Source of the DNA: Squalus acanthias
Lineage: Eukaryota
DNA length: 64,000 nucleotides
Direction: 5' to 3'
NCBI GenBank assembly: GCA_030390025.1
Contig: CM059432.1
Span: 67,954,001 to 68,018,000, forward strand
Part shown: in pieces, positions 51,497 through 64,000 of the stretch
Position numbering within the stretch: position 1 is the first letter of the stretch
How the letters are laid out: each line of letters starts with the position of its first letter
The notes under the pieces: model-generated
The model's input: the letters and a program-made list of their open reading frames with translations, nothing else
Told to the model about the DNA's origin: nothing
Database searches by the model: none
Position numbers and translations under genes: made by a program

Positions 51497-51599
51497 GATA
51501 TTAGCATACAAACATTTAACACATGCATATGAAATTCCTTTGCCTGCTATATTAATGGACAAAGGAATTTAATACATTAAGTATTTGTATGCTAATATC
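51497..51599. repeat. Nested imperfect inverted repeat
   Basis: Outer arms 21/23 (GATATTAGCATACAAA...), inner arms AAATTCCTTTG / CAAAGGAATTT. Confidence 0.85.
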
Positions 51600-52111
51600 A
51601 CAATGTAATGTCAGGGTTTTTATGTTCAAGGAATAATGGGTTAATTAAACTAATTCAAACAATTATTCATAAATTTTAAATTCCTATATATGCCAGTGCA
51701 CTCCACTCTGTTGCCATTGCATCATCTCTGATTTACTGCCATAATCACCCACTACCCTTTGCTATACCCATTCTTGCAATCCAATATCCAGGTCTATCTA
51801 GTATTAAAAGGAAAAAATAGTTTATACACCTGACCTATGGATGTATAAATATGTCTTTTTGTATATATGCAAACAGATTTTTTGATAAATCTATTGAATT
51901 CCCCAATGATAACCAATATGAATGTGGCAACTTCATTCTATCCACATGGGTAAATGACAGGTGGTTGCTGAACACAACGCATCCTCTTAAGACAAAGAGA
52001 GTACTGTATTGAACAAACAGTTGGTATAGTGTGGGTATATTGTTCAATTCAATCAACAACGTAAAATCCAGAGGAAAATGCTGTGGATTGACTTCACTGT
52101 GGACACTTTGA

Positions 52112-52694
52112 GGGGAATTTTTGACTTCTGCCCAAAAGGGGTGTGAAGTCGGTGGAGCGGCCATTCTGCCCACACAAAGACAGTCAAAAAACATTTCACG
52201 TTCAGAACTTATTTGAATGTAACCACAAAGCTGCAGGCACCAAAGGGCCACTCCACTGCAGCTCTCCAGTTGTAAGAGAGCAGGAAATAGGCCAATTCTT
52301 GTACTGAGCCAGCCAGCAGGTCAGGCCAGGGAAGGAGGAGCCAATCTTGGGCTGGGGTGGGGGGTTGTGGATGGATGGTGAGCGTGCACCGGCAGCGGAC
52401 TGCAATACTTTTGTAGAGCCAGGAGGAGCTGTTCTGCCTGGTGCAAATGGGCGGAGCATGACCATTTGTACCGGAAAATTACAAACTAGGACCCTGAATT
52501 GCATATCTAAGCAACCACTCATCTCAAACAGCCAGGTGCAATGCTCACCCATTTGCAGTCCTACCTGAAAATTGCATCAGGTGGCCCTTGGGCGTCAACT
52601 GGGCGGCCAAGGTGACCCCCGCCCTAGATTTTCAACTGCCGATCTCCCATATTTCAGGCAAGAATAAGGCGGCCAGCAGTTGAAAATTGCCCCC
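52112..52694. mobile_element. MITE-like element
   Basis: GGGGAATTTTTGACT / CAGTTGAAAATTGCCCC ends; the same right end recurs at 50300-50320. Confidence 0.55.
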
Positions 52695-52979
52695 ATTATT
52701 AATTTTGGAGCCAAAGTTAGTAGGTGATTAACTTCAACAGGGATTTAGATTGTTAGGACACTGGGGTACAGCATACTCTAAGGAACTGATGACTATGCTT
52801 TCTACATAATAGATAAGTTAGTCTTCATTTCAGGGAAGCATGCGTGTGTATGCTTACATGCAACACTGGCAAATTCTTCCTATTCGATCAGCACCTTTGT
52901 GCAATCAATTTTATGTGCTCATAACATAAAACATATGTGCCTCACAAACCAACTCTCAACACAAATTATTACATCTTAA

Positions 52980-53155
52980 ATGAAAACAGAAAATGCTGGA
53001 AACATTCAGCAAGTCAGGCAGCATTAGTGGACAAAGGAAGGTAGGGTTAACATTTCATGTTGATGACTTTCCATCAAGATGCTGCCTGACCTGCTGAGCG
53101 TTTCCAGCAGTTTCGGCTTTCATTTCAGAATTCCAGCATATGCAGTTTTTTTTGT
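52980..53155. mobile_element. Palindromic Penelope-derived short element
   Basis: Arms TGCTGGAAACATTCAGCAAGTCAGGCAGCAT / ATGCTGCCTGACCTGCTGAGCGTTTCCAGCA; related to 47752-47860. Confidence 0.7.
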
Positions 53156-53842
53156 TACTACATCTGAATCTCTCCCTGCATAAAAAAATAATGACATTGT
53201 TAACACAGCCTCTAATTCATGTATATACATTTTTGCAGTTGCATTTGAGACGGATAAATGTCCAATTGTTTGTGTGAGAACTATTTGGATTAATCTGTCG
53301 GCTGCTGCCGATTGCTCCCATCTGGGGGCGTTGCAATTCTAAAACGAGCCGTCTGGTCCAATTTAATAGAGATTTAGGGATATTATCATTGGTAGTGCAC
53401 TGGCTTTCGCGTAATTGCGTTAAATGTGTGTTCTTTGACTGCAGCCATTAACCAGTGGATAACAGAGGAGATTGCACCTCGTTAGTCATTTTCAAGTATT
53501 TTTGTTTTTTGATAAGTAATAAAATAATTACAGAAGTTGCACTAAGCCCCAAATTCCCGTGGCAACAGTGTTCTGACTATTAATCTACATCCTGCCATGA
53601 ACCATTTATATTCCACCTCACAAAGGTTACACCTATGGCAATTGTTTATTTTCCTTTGAGACTGTTCCACCAAATTACTTTTCTTTCACTATTTTACTTT
53701 AACACTTCTTACAGTTGCTAGATTTTTCCAGAACTAATCTTTACTTTGTCCGTTCGGTCTCCCCGAAACTTTAACTTCAGCATCCTACTGGGGAACCGTG
53801 GAAATGCCAAACCAAAGGGACAAACGAACTGAAGCCTCTTAC

Positions 53843-54105
53843 CTGACGATCACGTACATAACCAGACAGTTGCCCACCGAGCCCACCACAAAAATGACCG
53901 AGTAGACAGCAGTGATGATGATGGGGACCAGGCTGCCCATGGTGCCGTTTCTGTGAAAGTCAAGGAAGTCGGTGCTGTTTTCCCAATAGTAAGAAATGGG
54001 TGGGAAAGTGCTGTTTGGGATAACGCCAGGGCTACATTCGTCACAGGAGTGTAACATATACTTGGAACCCATGTCTTCCCTCGTAATCACCACTGGAGTA
54101 CCCAT
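53843..54105 (-). CDS. oprk1: Kappa-type opioid receptor, coding exon 1 (N-terminus and TM1)
   Basis: MGTPVV...NST/NST/NGT sequons...VPIIITAVYSVIFVVGSVGNCLVMYVIV(R). Ends AG|GTAAGA (phase 2). A polypyrimidine tract and AG acceptor lie just upstream (exon starts 54113). Confidence 0.93.
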
Positions 54106-54345
54106 AGTCGTATCTCAAAAAGAAAAGCAAAAACAAACAAGGAGACATATGACAATTATTTCAACAGAAAAATATAGGATATTTAGAATAAAAATAATTA
54201 GAATAAAAGCAAGCAGAAATCTACATACAAATCGTAACAGGCTTAGGAGGAAAACTTACAATACTGGACATAAAGGATCAGGATACAGAAATATTATTAG
54301 CTAAAGGGAAATTAAACAAAACCATGCCCGATTACCAACTCTCAC

Positions 54346-54700
54346 CCAGGTTAATTGAAGAGACGAGACTGAAAGCTTCCGTTTAACAGTAAAGTTAACG
54401 GGGAGAAGCCTCACGTTCTCACTGGAACTTTTGATGTGGGCACGGTGAGGTGTGAAGGGCGAGAGGTCCTTGCTGCAGAATCTGAGAACTGGCAGCGTGT
54501 CCCCGGTACCGTCTCTCCGTCTCCCTGCAGCTACTGGGCTGCAGCAGTTGAAACCCAACGTGACATCGACTCGATGACGCTCTTTAATCGAGGCGTTTAT
54601 TGGAGATCGGAGAATTTGGTACATCTTCTGTAAAACCGCACCGGCACTTCACTGACTGCCGCTTTTCAGAGCTCGCCATAGCAATCTTATATTAAGGAAC
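54346..54700 (-). promoter_or_regulatory. Candidate non-coding first exon / promoter of oprk1
   Basis: The ATG exon begins at a splice acceptor, so an upstream exon is needed. A donor TGG|GTGAGA lies at 54346/54345, the region is locally CpG-enriched and non-repetitive, and a TATA-like ATATAAG sits near 54686-54692. Confidence 0.4.
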
Positions 54701-55796
54701 TGGTGGTGAACTAAATCTAGCAAGCGCCCACATAACCATTTTAATTCATGCACTTAAAGTACTTACTTCTTGATGAAACAGCATGCATTTGTATCAGTCG
54801 ACACATCAACTCACCCTTCAGCGCTTTGGTGATCTTTCAATAAACTGCAGGATCCCGTGTCTACACACAACAGTTATTTCTTCGTCCTTTTTATTTCTAA
54901 AGGTGAAAAAGCCTGTTCCAAAAAAACAAATGTTCAAGTTTGCAGTTTGAGTGATGATAAAAGGAGGCCTGTGCAAAATTGGTTTATCTGATTTGTTGTC
55001 TGTTTCAGTTCCCATCCCTAAATATGTTATTACACCATCCCACACACACACACGTGAATCTTTTCCAAAGAGGACAGTTCATGGCATTAGTATTAAATCC
55101 ATTCACTCCACTGCACGGAATATGTGCGCATGATGTATTAATTAAAGTGCAGAACAATCCTCTCAGGCGGCTATTTAGAGTGTTGCCTGAAAGGTCCTTG
55201 CTTGATGGCTGCAAGTGATGGTTTTTAATTTCCAGGTTGTCCAGTGCACAAACTGTGATTTGCGTGTTTACGTTCATTACAACTTTTAAATGGCTGAACC
55301 ATAAAGGGAGTTTTATTCCAAGAGTTGGGGCTGTCCATTATTTAAAAGCATTTACATCTATTCCAGAACTGGGTAGGGTGCTATTTCAATGGGCAGAAGG
55401 AAACTTTAAATTTTGAAGACCTAAGCCATCTCATAAGAAATGTTATCCAAATTGAAAGGTGGATTTCCGAATTCTGCTGATCTTCCAGCAGGATCTACTC
55501 ACAATCACTTTGCACCTACAAGAACAGAACGCAGCTGCCCCCACCAGATCTTCCTGGGCCAATCCGTTGGCAGCTGTCAAGGGGCTGGAGGGATGAAATA
55601 TATGTCACGTTAGCAGCTCTTAAAGTACTACAGCAAGCATTTAAAGATACAGCTGCAGATAGCTAAAGGTAAGTGGCAAATATGGGGTCAATAATTTATG
55701 GCTGTATGTCCAAAAACCTAGTGAATGGCAAAGCCAGTGGGAAGGCAGGAACTGGGGTCTGTGGCAATTGTTGGAGCAGTGGAGCACCGAAACTCT

Positions 55797-58700
55797 GGCG
55801 CAATCTTTACCTTGGAGTCGGGTTGCATGCGTGCGGACCGTGTCGTGGATCGAGAACCCGAAGATTTGAACAGCGCGTTCTGCACTGCGCGTTTAACTCA
55901 ATGGCCCCAATTAAAACAGTCAAGCGCGTTTCCCAGCCCAATTAAATGGAGCGGGTCTGATGACATCACCAATGACTCGTTTTCAGCGCGGATATTTAAA
56001 GCAGCTCGCTCACATCTCATTTGAAAGTTGATGTAAGAGCGCATAAGGTGGTTCCCAGAGGTCTCTATAACGCAATAAAACTGATATAACTGTGGGTCAT
56101 GGAGACAAGACAGAGGGCAGCACCAAGATTCACCAATGCCTCCCTGGAAGTTCTGGTGCAGGCAGTAAAAGCACGCAGGGAAGTCCTCTTTCCTGGCGAT
56201 CGCCGAAAATGACCACCCAAAGAGACAAAAAGGGCATGGCTGGAGATCGTAGAGGAGGTCAGTAGCAGGCATGTCATGAGGAGGATGTGGCTCAAGAGCC
56301 GGAAAAGATTCAATGATCTCATGAGGTCAGGAAAGATGAGTGCAATGCCACACTCACCTTCATCCTGATGAGCCTGTCACCACATCCCCATCACTCTGCC
56401 TTCCCAAGCCTGCTCCTGCACATCATTCCTCACGCCAGCCTACCTTGCAGGTCCACCCATCCCTCTCTGTCTATGTACCTACTCACATCCCCATCTGACT
56501 AACCACCACTGATGCTCACCCTCATCCTAATGCAACCATAGCAAGTAACACCACAGAAGGAGGCCATTTGGCAACGTCACACCACTCCCTCATAGTCACC
56601 CTCTACAGTCCTTACACTCATTCCATCACTCTCACTCAAAGTTCTCTTCTTTCCCTCCTTGCAGGAGAAGAGAGCCACAACAACAGGGAGAGGGAGAGAA
56701 CCGGAGGTGGCCCTCCAGTCTTCAGTCATTTGACTCCAGCAGAGGAGGAGGCCCTAGAGATCTCTGGAGTTGCAGAGCTGCTGGTGGTGGGAGATGGAGA
56801 GAGGGGGACCTCCCAGCAACCCGGTGACAGAATTACATCTCATACAGCCACTTGGCATACAACAGTCACTCATATGGTGACTGATGTCAGCATCCAGTGA
56901 AATGTCATCATGTGCATAATGATAACGTTACCCATTCTTATTATAAGACTTCTAATTCATCTCTTTACTCTCCCACAGGTCCATCAAAAGCACCCCCCCC
57001 CCCCCACCCCCACCCCACCATTGTCCAGCTGGAGGAGGAAGACAACTCCGCAGAGGAAGCTCCATTCTCAGAGGGTGCAGCATCAGCAGACCCATGCACA
57101 GCCAGCACCAGCGCAGATACACACACCTCGGTGGGTCCTGTGTGAGATAGAGTAGTGTTGTCATCTGATGTCACTCACATCACAAGTGACAAGAGCCTTT
57201 GGTGTTGACAGGGACAGCAGTGGAGAGTCCTTGCCGGAGAGCACAGGACACTCCAAGCTCTACTGAGCTGTATGCAGATGCTAAACTTCGGCGACCATCG
57301 AGAAAGAGGGTGATCTTGAGGGGCAGCAACAATTGCACGAGGCTCTGCCAGCTTTTGCAGCCGCGGTGTGTGAAAATGTATAGAAAACGGAGGAGTCCAT
57401 CTCCAACATGAGCACCACCATCTCGCAAGCAATAGTGGTGTGGGCTGTTCCATGGAAAGGATGGCCAACTGCATGGAGCAGCAAATGCGCCAGTCCAACA
57501 AGAACATGCTTGCTGTGGACAACAGATGGCAGCTGCTCATTGACCTCATCTCGAGGAGAGATATAAACGTAGACTTGGGCGTTCATCACCCCACTGATGT
57601 GTAGCAAGGTGTTCTCCAGCTCCTTGCTAGCAGGGAAGTGCGGGTGGCCCATGAGAGGGATAATGTTGAGAGGGGACAATGAAGTGAGGGCTCTTCTCAA
57701 AGCGTTCATACTTCACCCCTGTTGCCTCCCCCTCAGTCAGACCCCCACATGGTTCCCCGAATCCTGATGGCTGAGTCTGCCCCTGCACAGTTGCAGGAGG
57801 AGCAGTCTTTGGCGGGGCCCTCACAGGCTCCAAAACCCAGAGGATGTCCACCAAAAGTGTCAAAGCAGTCGTAGCAGGGAAGTGAGCAGCCTGCCTCCAC
57901 CTCCGCTGAAGCCACAGGGGTTGGACCTCTTGGAAGCACGTTGAAAAGAAAAAAGACACAATCCTAGATGCACAATGGTATTCACATGGGTGTATGAAAA
58001 AATGTTTGTGATAAGTTTCAGTTCTATTTATGACGCACATAAATTTATTTCTTTGCACCACTTTCTGGTCTTGTCCATTTTTGCCTGCTACCTGGGAAGT
58101 GGCCTTGTCACTTGGAGTGAATGGTGAGACATGACTTAACCTCGAGCAATGGGGGTTTGGGTGAGAGGAATGGCTTGGTCATTGTAGGGCTGCTTTGTGG
58201 TGTTGTTGGGGGGGTGGAGAACTTAGTACAGTATGTGGCAGCCATATGGGTGCACTGGAATAAGTTAAAATAAATCTGGCCATTATGAGGCCATCCCGGG
58301 CCTCCCGGGCAGCAATGTACACCACTGCTGCTGCCATCTCCACCTCAGATTCCTCCTTCTCCTCCTCCTCATCTTCCGCCTGTTCCTCCTCCTCCTCTGA
58401 AGAGGCTGTGTGCTCTGCGGCTTGCTCCTCCTGCAGCTCCAATCCTTGCTGCTATGCTATGTTGTGCAGCGCGCAGCAAACGACGATAATTCTGGAGACC
58501 CTGGCTGGTGTGTACTGAAGGGCTGCTCCAGATCTGTCAAGGCATCTGAAGCGCATCTTCATCATGCCAATTGCTTGCTCAATGACACATCTGGTGGACA
58601 TGTGGCTGTCATTATAATGCTCCTCAGCCTCAGTACTTGGCCTCCTCAATGACGTTATCAGCCACATCTTCAGTGGATAGCCCTTGTCTCCAAGTAGCCA

Positions 58701-60051
58701 GCCGGTAAGTTTGTTTGGAGCTGCGGATGGGTGGCCTGACGCAGCACAAAAGAGTCATGACAACTGCTAGGGAATCTGGCACACACATGCATGATCATCT
58801 TTTTATGGTTGCAGATGAGCTGCACTTTGAGGGAGTGGACGTGCTTGTGGTTCACAAACACTCCTGGGTGATGTGGGGGGTGCTTTGAAGGCCACATGTT
58901 TGCAGTCGATGATGCCCTGAACCTGTGGGAAGCCAGCCAGAGCTGCAAAGCCGAGCACCCGCTCATTAACACTTGCTTCATCAGTTGCAAAGTTTAAATA
59001 ATTTGCTGACTTGTGAAACATGGCATCGGTCACCTGGGTGATGCATCTGTGTGCGGCCGACTGCGAGATCCTGCAAATGTCTGCTGCAGATCCCTGGAAG
59101 GAGCCTGAGGTGAAGAAGTTGAGGACGATGGGGACCTTGACAGCCACTGGTAAGGCGTGTCCACCAGGTCCTCTGGGCAGCAGGTCTTGTTCCAGCAAGC
59201 TACAAATGTCTGCGATGACCTGGCATGATAGCCTGAGCCTCCTTTAGCACTGCTGCTCAGTCATGTCCAGGAAGCTCATCCTCTGCCTGTATACCCTGTG
59301 TTGGGTGAATCACCTCTGGTGCAGTGCAGCCCTGTGCTGACCCCCTCTCTCTTGTGGAGCATCAGGTCGTTGAGGAGAAGACTGCTGTTGTGGTTGCTGC
59401 TGCTGCTGGTGTTTTGGCTGCTGCTGGTGTTTTGGTTGCTGCTGGTGTTGGTGCTGGGGCTTATCTTGGTCTGATTCTGAGATCCAAGGTAAGACAGCAT
59501 AAGTGGCACCCATGCTGATGTAATAGATGGCAGGTAAAGTGGAGATCAGAGGACCAATCCCTCAATGTTCTGATAGTGACTAACAATGTGGTGAGATGCC
59601 CTCCGAGGTTGCAGAAATTACCTGCAAACTCCTGACAACTAAATCTCTGCACTAAATGGAGTCAGCAAGAGCCTTTCCATTAGGCAAGGAAGCAGTGTAA
59701 TGTGTGAGTATTTATGTGTTTTTGCCAGCTGTCAATTAATAAACTCGTACAATGGCCACTGAACTTCCGCCTCCCCTTCACAGGCGAGGTTCCCGAGGTG
59801 CGTGAATCCCGTGCGCAAGAAGTTAATGCCAAAACCTGAGGTTAAAAAGTCTCTTAATGGTCTCTCAACAAGTATTTAAGTACTTCAATGAGGTCGCCCG
59901 CCTCTCCCGAGCGGGTCCATGGTGCGCTGGGCAACGTGCCCGAATTAAATGCGGAAGTCGGCGGGTTCCCGACGCGCTGGCAATTTCCGCGATTTTTACT
60001 GCTGACCCGCCCCCAAACCCATATGCAGGGGGACTGGGTAAATTCCAGTGT
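55797..60051. mobile_element. Second full-length two-gene Harbinger, decayed, upstream of oprk1
   Basis: Myb gene on + (ATG 56099, exon 2 56665-56823, exon 3 from 56979); transposase on - (ATG 59513 to about 58260; [33 protein letters not shown]); termini degenerate and approximate. Confidence 0.85.
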
Positions 60052-60149
60052 TCATGTTTGATGGCTGGCAAAGTGGAGGTGCTATGAGGAATGCGCTTTT
60101 AGCTTTGTTACTTAGAGGATGAAGAGCAAGAATACAGGGAGGCAAGACT

Positions 60150-60725
60150 CATCGGGTACCACAGAGGTGTTTAGCCCCCACCAGCATACACCTTCATACA
60201 CACATATAGAAACCAATACACTTCTATCTCCACCTGAACAATGATTTGCTTACTGAAGCTGCACTTCACTTTAAAGTAATACAAGAATTATGCCACATGC
60301 TCACTCCAGACCTAGAGAGCACCTTCATCACTGCACTGTCAGTGTATGGAAAGGTCATTGCTGCTCTCAACTTCTACCCAACAGGATTATTATAGGCTGC
60401 CTCTGGAGTCAATTGCAACATTAGCCATTTGGCTGTACACAGATGCATCAAGCAAGTGACAAGTACCTTGTGTGCTGGAGCTGCTCAGTATATTATCTTC
60501 CCCATGAATATTCATCATCAATGTAACAGGGCCCAGCACTTTTACTGTGTGGCAGAATTCACCATGTGTGCCCTTTTTCACAATGCCATCAACTCCTTAG
60601 GTTCCATTCATTGAATGTGTAAGTAGCTTCAGACCACAACTACCAAATAATGCACTGAAATTCTTTCGTTCCCGGAAACTATCGCAATTCATTCATTTTA
60701 AGACAGTTCACCATGGCACCTCCCT
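60150..60725 (+). pseudogene. Old Harbinger transposase fragment
   Basis: KVIAALNFYPTG...CNISHLAVHRCIKQVT remnants; truncated by the CR1 at 60737. Confidence 0.6.
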
Positions 60726-60736
60726 TTGCTGCAGTA

Positions 60737-62436
60737 AGACATAAGAACATAACATAAGAAGATAACATAAGAATTAGTAGCAGGAGTAGGCCATATGGCC
60801 CCTCGAGCCTGCTCCGCCATTCAATAAGATCATGGCTGATCTACGACCTCAACATCACTTTCCTGCCCTATCCCCATATCACTTGATTCCCCTAGAGTCC
60901 AAAAATCTATCTATCTCAACCTTGAATATATTCAACGACTGAGCATCCACAGCCATTTGGGGCAGGGAATTCCAAAGATTCACAACCCTCTGAGTGAAAA
61001 GGTTCCTCCTCATCTCAGTCTTAAATGGCCGACCCCTTATCCTGAGACTATGCCCCCTAGTTCTGGACTCTCCAGCCATGGGAAACACTCTCTCAACATC
61101 TACCCTGTCAATCCCCCTCAGAATCTTATATGTTTCAATGAGATCTCCTCTCATTCTTCTAAATTCCAAAGAGTATAGGCCCAATCTACTGAATCTCTCC
61201 TCATTGGACAACCCTCTCATCCCAGGGATTAGTATAGTGAATCTTCGTTGAACCGCCTCTAAGGCAAGTATATCCTTCCTTAGATAAGGAGACCAAAACT
61301 GTGCACAGTACTCCAGGTGTGGTCTCACCAAAGCCCTGCACAATTGTAGCAAGACTTCCTTACTCTTGTACTCTAACCCTGTAGTAATAAAGGCCAACAT
61401 GACATTTGCCTTCCTAATTGCTTGCTGTACCTGCATGCTAACTCTCTGTGTTTCCTGTACGAGGACACCTAAATCTCTCTGAACACCAACATTTAATAGT
61501 TTCTCACCATTTAAAAAATATTCTGTTTTTCTATTCTTCGTACCAAAGTGAATAACCTCACATTTCACCACATTATACTCCATCTGCCACCTTATTGTCC
61601 ACTCACTTAACCTGTCTATATCCCTTTGCAGGCTCTTTGTGTTCTCCTCACAGTTTACTTTCCCACCTAGCTTTGTATCAATAGCAAACTTGGATACATT
61701 ATACTCTGTCCCTTCATCTAAGTCATTAATATAGATTGTAAATAGCTGAGGCCCAAGCACTGATCCTTGCGGCACCCCACTAGTTACAGCCTGCCAATCT
61801 GAAAATTAGCCGTTTATCCCAACTCTCTGCTTTCTGTCCATTAACCAATCCTCTATCCAAGCTAATGCATTACCTCCAATCCCATGAGCCCTTATCTTGT
61901 CTAACAAACTTTTATGTGGCACCTTATCAAATGCCTTTTGAAAATCTAATTATACTACATCCGCTGGTTCTCCTTTATCTTCCCTGCTAGTTACATCCTC
62001 AAAAAACTAATACATTTGTCAAACACGATTTCCCTTTCATAAAACCATGATGACTCTGCCTAATCATATTATGATTTTCTAAGTGCCCTTCCTTAATAAT
62101 GGATTCCAGCATTTTCGCGATGACTGATATCAGGCTAACTGGCCTGTTGTTCCCTGTTTTCTCTCTCCCTCCTTTCTTAAATAATGGGGTTACATTTGCT
62201 ACTTTCCAATCCATTGGGACCTTTCCAGAATCCAGGGAATTTTGGAAGATCACAACCAATGCATCCACTATCTCTGCAGCTGCCTCTTTTAGAACCCTAG
62301 GATGTAGTCCATCAGGTCCAGGGGATTTGTCGGCTTTTAGTCCCATTAGTTTTCCAAGTACTTTTTCTCTGCTGATATTAATTACTTTAAGTTCCTCACT
62401 CTCATTAGCCCCTTGGTTCCCTGCTATTTTTGGTAT
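60737..62436 (-). mobile_element. CR1 LINE, 5'-truncated
   Basis: KSPGPDGLHPRVLKE, PQGSVLGP, LEYCAQFWSP; tail (TTCTTATG)n. Confidence 0.92.
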
Positions 62437-64000
62437 GGATTTGCAGGATCTTGTGGAGGCAGCGTTGGTGGTGTAAGGTTTTCAAAATTTGCAGATCCCC
62501 AAAACCTAAGGAAAAAGGACTTTGGAACTACCTCAGAGTGATAAAAATGCATTTGGGCCTAACCTAAGAGACTGTAAGACCAAAAACCAAGTTTCGGCAT
62601 TTTAAAAGCATGTCTGGGCCTGTAAAGGGAGAAAAGGCTGTGAAGGAAGTTGGGCTCGACCTCTGCAAAAGCAGTTTTGGTTATTGCAGTTAATTGCATT
62701 GTCTGGGGAATTGGGATGACCTCACTCAAGCCCCAGCAAGCATTAACATTTTGACAATAGACCCTAGGAGGAGACAGTCCCACCCAAAACAACAGGTCCC
62801 ATCAAACCGATTACAGAACCCATTAAAGACATGCATAAAGCAAACATTCGATCGAAGTCCTAGGCCCAGTCAAGAAACCCAAAACATGAGGACAATTCAA
62901 ACTCTGATTAAACAACAGATCGACAGGATGGAACTATCCTGAAACCACTTCACACATTTACAAAACCAGTTAACACGCTAGTAAAGTCGTTACTGTTAAC
63001 GAGGTCTTACAATGACCGGGATTTGATTTGGTTTTGATAAGACCACTTCAATTTAGTATAATTGAAGGCCCATCAAGCAGTTCAGGAGTAACAACAGTTC
63101 AAGTTCAACAGAAGGCAGTTCTGCAGTTTTGGGGTTCAATTTGAAAGCCTGTTTTTCAGCAGAAGTCAGTGCTGGAATTATAGAGTTCAGGAGAAGCAAG
63201 TTGGGCAGTTAAAGAAGACAGTTCAGTAAGAAGGGAGTTCTCCAGTAAAACAGTTCAAGTTCAACAAGCAGGCAGAAGGCAGTTTCCACAGTTCTGCAAG
63301 AAGGCAGTTCCACAGCTCGGAAGAAGACAGTTCAAACAGAAAGCAGTTCAACAAAGAAGGCCAACAGCTCCAGAAGTAGGCCGACATGCAAGAAGAGACC
63401 AGAGCGACCGCCTCAGTGACCATCAGACACCTCGCGGCAACAAGGGCCTTACGAAACCTTTTACTCAAAAGACTCTAAACCCTAACTCTCAACTGTCAAG
63501 GATTCATTTGGTGAGCATTATCCCTGGTTCTCCAGAGTCCAACCTAGCTAGTGAAGTGGGATTGGGAGGGGTGAAGTATTCTTCCAATGTTATTTCCCTC
63601 GCGTGTACCGAAGTGTTCCCCACCTTTAGAGTGTTAAGAGTGTTTGTGTTGTGTTTTACTTTCTTGAATAAAGATCAAAATTCTTTCATCAAAACCTGTT
63701 GTCTACTGCACCTTTGTTCACGACCCCCAAATAAGTCCAAGGTCGAGAACCAGGGGCGTGGGAACGATTCGAACCGCTCACTGAGTCAGAGGTGAAGCTG
63801 ACCCTACCACACCACCCCCTACAGTGGTACCTCTCCAGTGCTTTGAGGTGCTTGCTGTACATGGTCCATGTCTCTGAACCATACAGGAGGGCGGGTATCA
63901 CTACTGCTCTGTAGACCATGAGCTTGGTGCTGGGTTTGAGGTCCTGGTCTTCAAACACACTCTTCCTCAGGCGACCGAAGGTTGCGCTGGCACACTGAAG
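62437..64000 (-). mobile_element. RTE-clade LINE fragment split by the solo LTR
   Basis: TKLMVYRAVVIPALLYGSETWT...LKALERYH|QRCLHKILQI, contiguous after LTR removal. Confidence 0.85.
62472..63823 (+). mobile_element. Solo LTR (1352 bp)
   Basis: TGTAAGG...CCCTACA termini; 4-bp TSD GTGG; AATAAA at 63667-63672; interrupts an RTE reading frame. Confidence 0.85.

Noticed and set aside
54816..54836. REST/NRSE site upstream of oprk1 (TTCAGCGC...)
   Set aside because: Only the left half resembles the RE1 consensus; the GGACAG half is missing.
63075..63375. CRISPR-like repeat array
   Set aside because: Short irregular repeats inside a eukaryotic solo LTR, with no constant repeat-spacer period and no cas genes.

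Overview
Vertebrate genomic DNA, very probably a cartilaginous fish (shark), judged from HE1-like V-SINE, SacSINE1-like Deu-SINE and abundant CR1 LINEs. The only host gene I can support is a kappa-type opioid receptor (oprk1) on the minus strand. It has three coding exons (54105-53843, 20488-20136, 16424-15898) with canonical GT-AG junctions and encodes 380 aa. Its TGA stop sits in a TGA-CTAG readthrough context, followed by a hairpin and an open 28-codon extension ending in ITSAV, a PDZ-type motif. Several ligand-pocket residues are mu/delta/NOP-like rather than kappa-like. The rest of the window, including the 33 kb first coding intron, is layered transposon debris: nested CR1 LINEs, a single-ORF LINE that appears to carry a tRNA-derived head, a Mag-type Gypsy element, a 1.35 kb solo LTR, a Penelope fragment with a minimal hammerhead ribozyme, and a PIF/Harbinger family (two-gene elements, deletion derivatives, MITEs). 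All family assignments come from reading the sequence and remembered motifs; no search was run.
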